Of a stretch of 64,000 bases of DNA, positions 63,918-64,000 are shown one piece after another. A model generated the notes under the pieces. That model made no database searches, had not been told where the DNA came from, and saw nothing but the letters and a program-made list of their open reading frames with translations. This stretch comes from Eledone cirrhosa (Eukaryota). Position 1 is the first letter of the stretch, and each line of letters opens with the position of its first letter. The stretch lies in assembly GCA_964016885.1 (NCBI GenBank), contig OZ024751.1, positions 4,340,001 to 4,404,000 on the forward strand, written 5' to 3'. The translations under genes and the position numbers were made by a program.

Positions 63918-64000
63918 GTAGATATACACACATACATACACAAATAAATCAAACACAGATATGCACATACGTATATACAAACACAGATACAAATATATAC

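Noticed and set aside
63288-63992. 234-aa minus-strand ORF
   Set aside because: It is the antisense frame of a decayed RTE plus microsatellite.

Overview
Eukaryotic, AT-rich, repeat-dense animal DNA. It is probably octopus/cephalopod, inferred from the effector-less tandem C2H2 zinc-finger gene, abundant RTE LINEs and tRNA-derived SINEs. The only intact host gene is an 11-finger C2H2 ZNF on the minus strand (1221-2243). Its putative ~15-kb intron and upstream region are packed with decayed transposons: a piggyBac with a Buster-type hAT nested in its C-terminal Cys-rich domain, several RTE LINE fragments, SINEs, a pogo/Tigger remnant, and a young non-coding LTR element with an unusually long tRNA-Trp primer-binding site. 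About 63% of the window (22890-63287) is a head-to-tail array of 43 copies of a ~0.82-1.01 kb non-autonomous Helitron on the minus strand, with no spacer DNA. The array has one canonical 3' CTAG, and the internal junctions lack the terminal AG. It sits precisely at an A|T site inside an 18-bp palindrome, carries a two-module internal VNTR, and shows higher-order repeats. The two window ends are paralogous (period ~63.7 kb), suggesting a tandemly duplicated ZNF gene unit. All calls were made by eye; no alignments or database searches were run.
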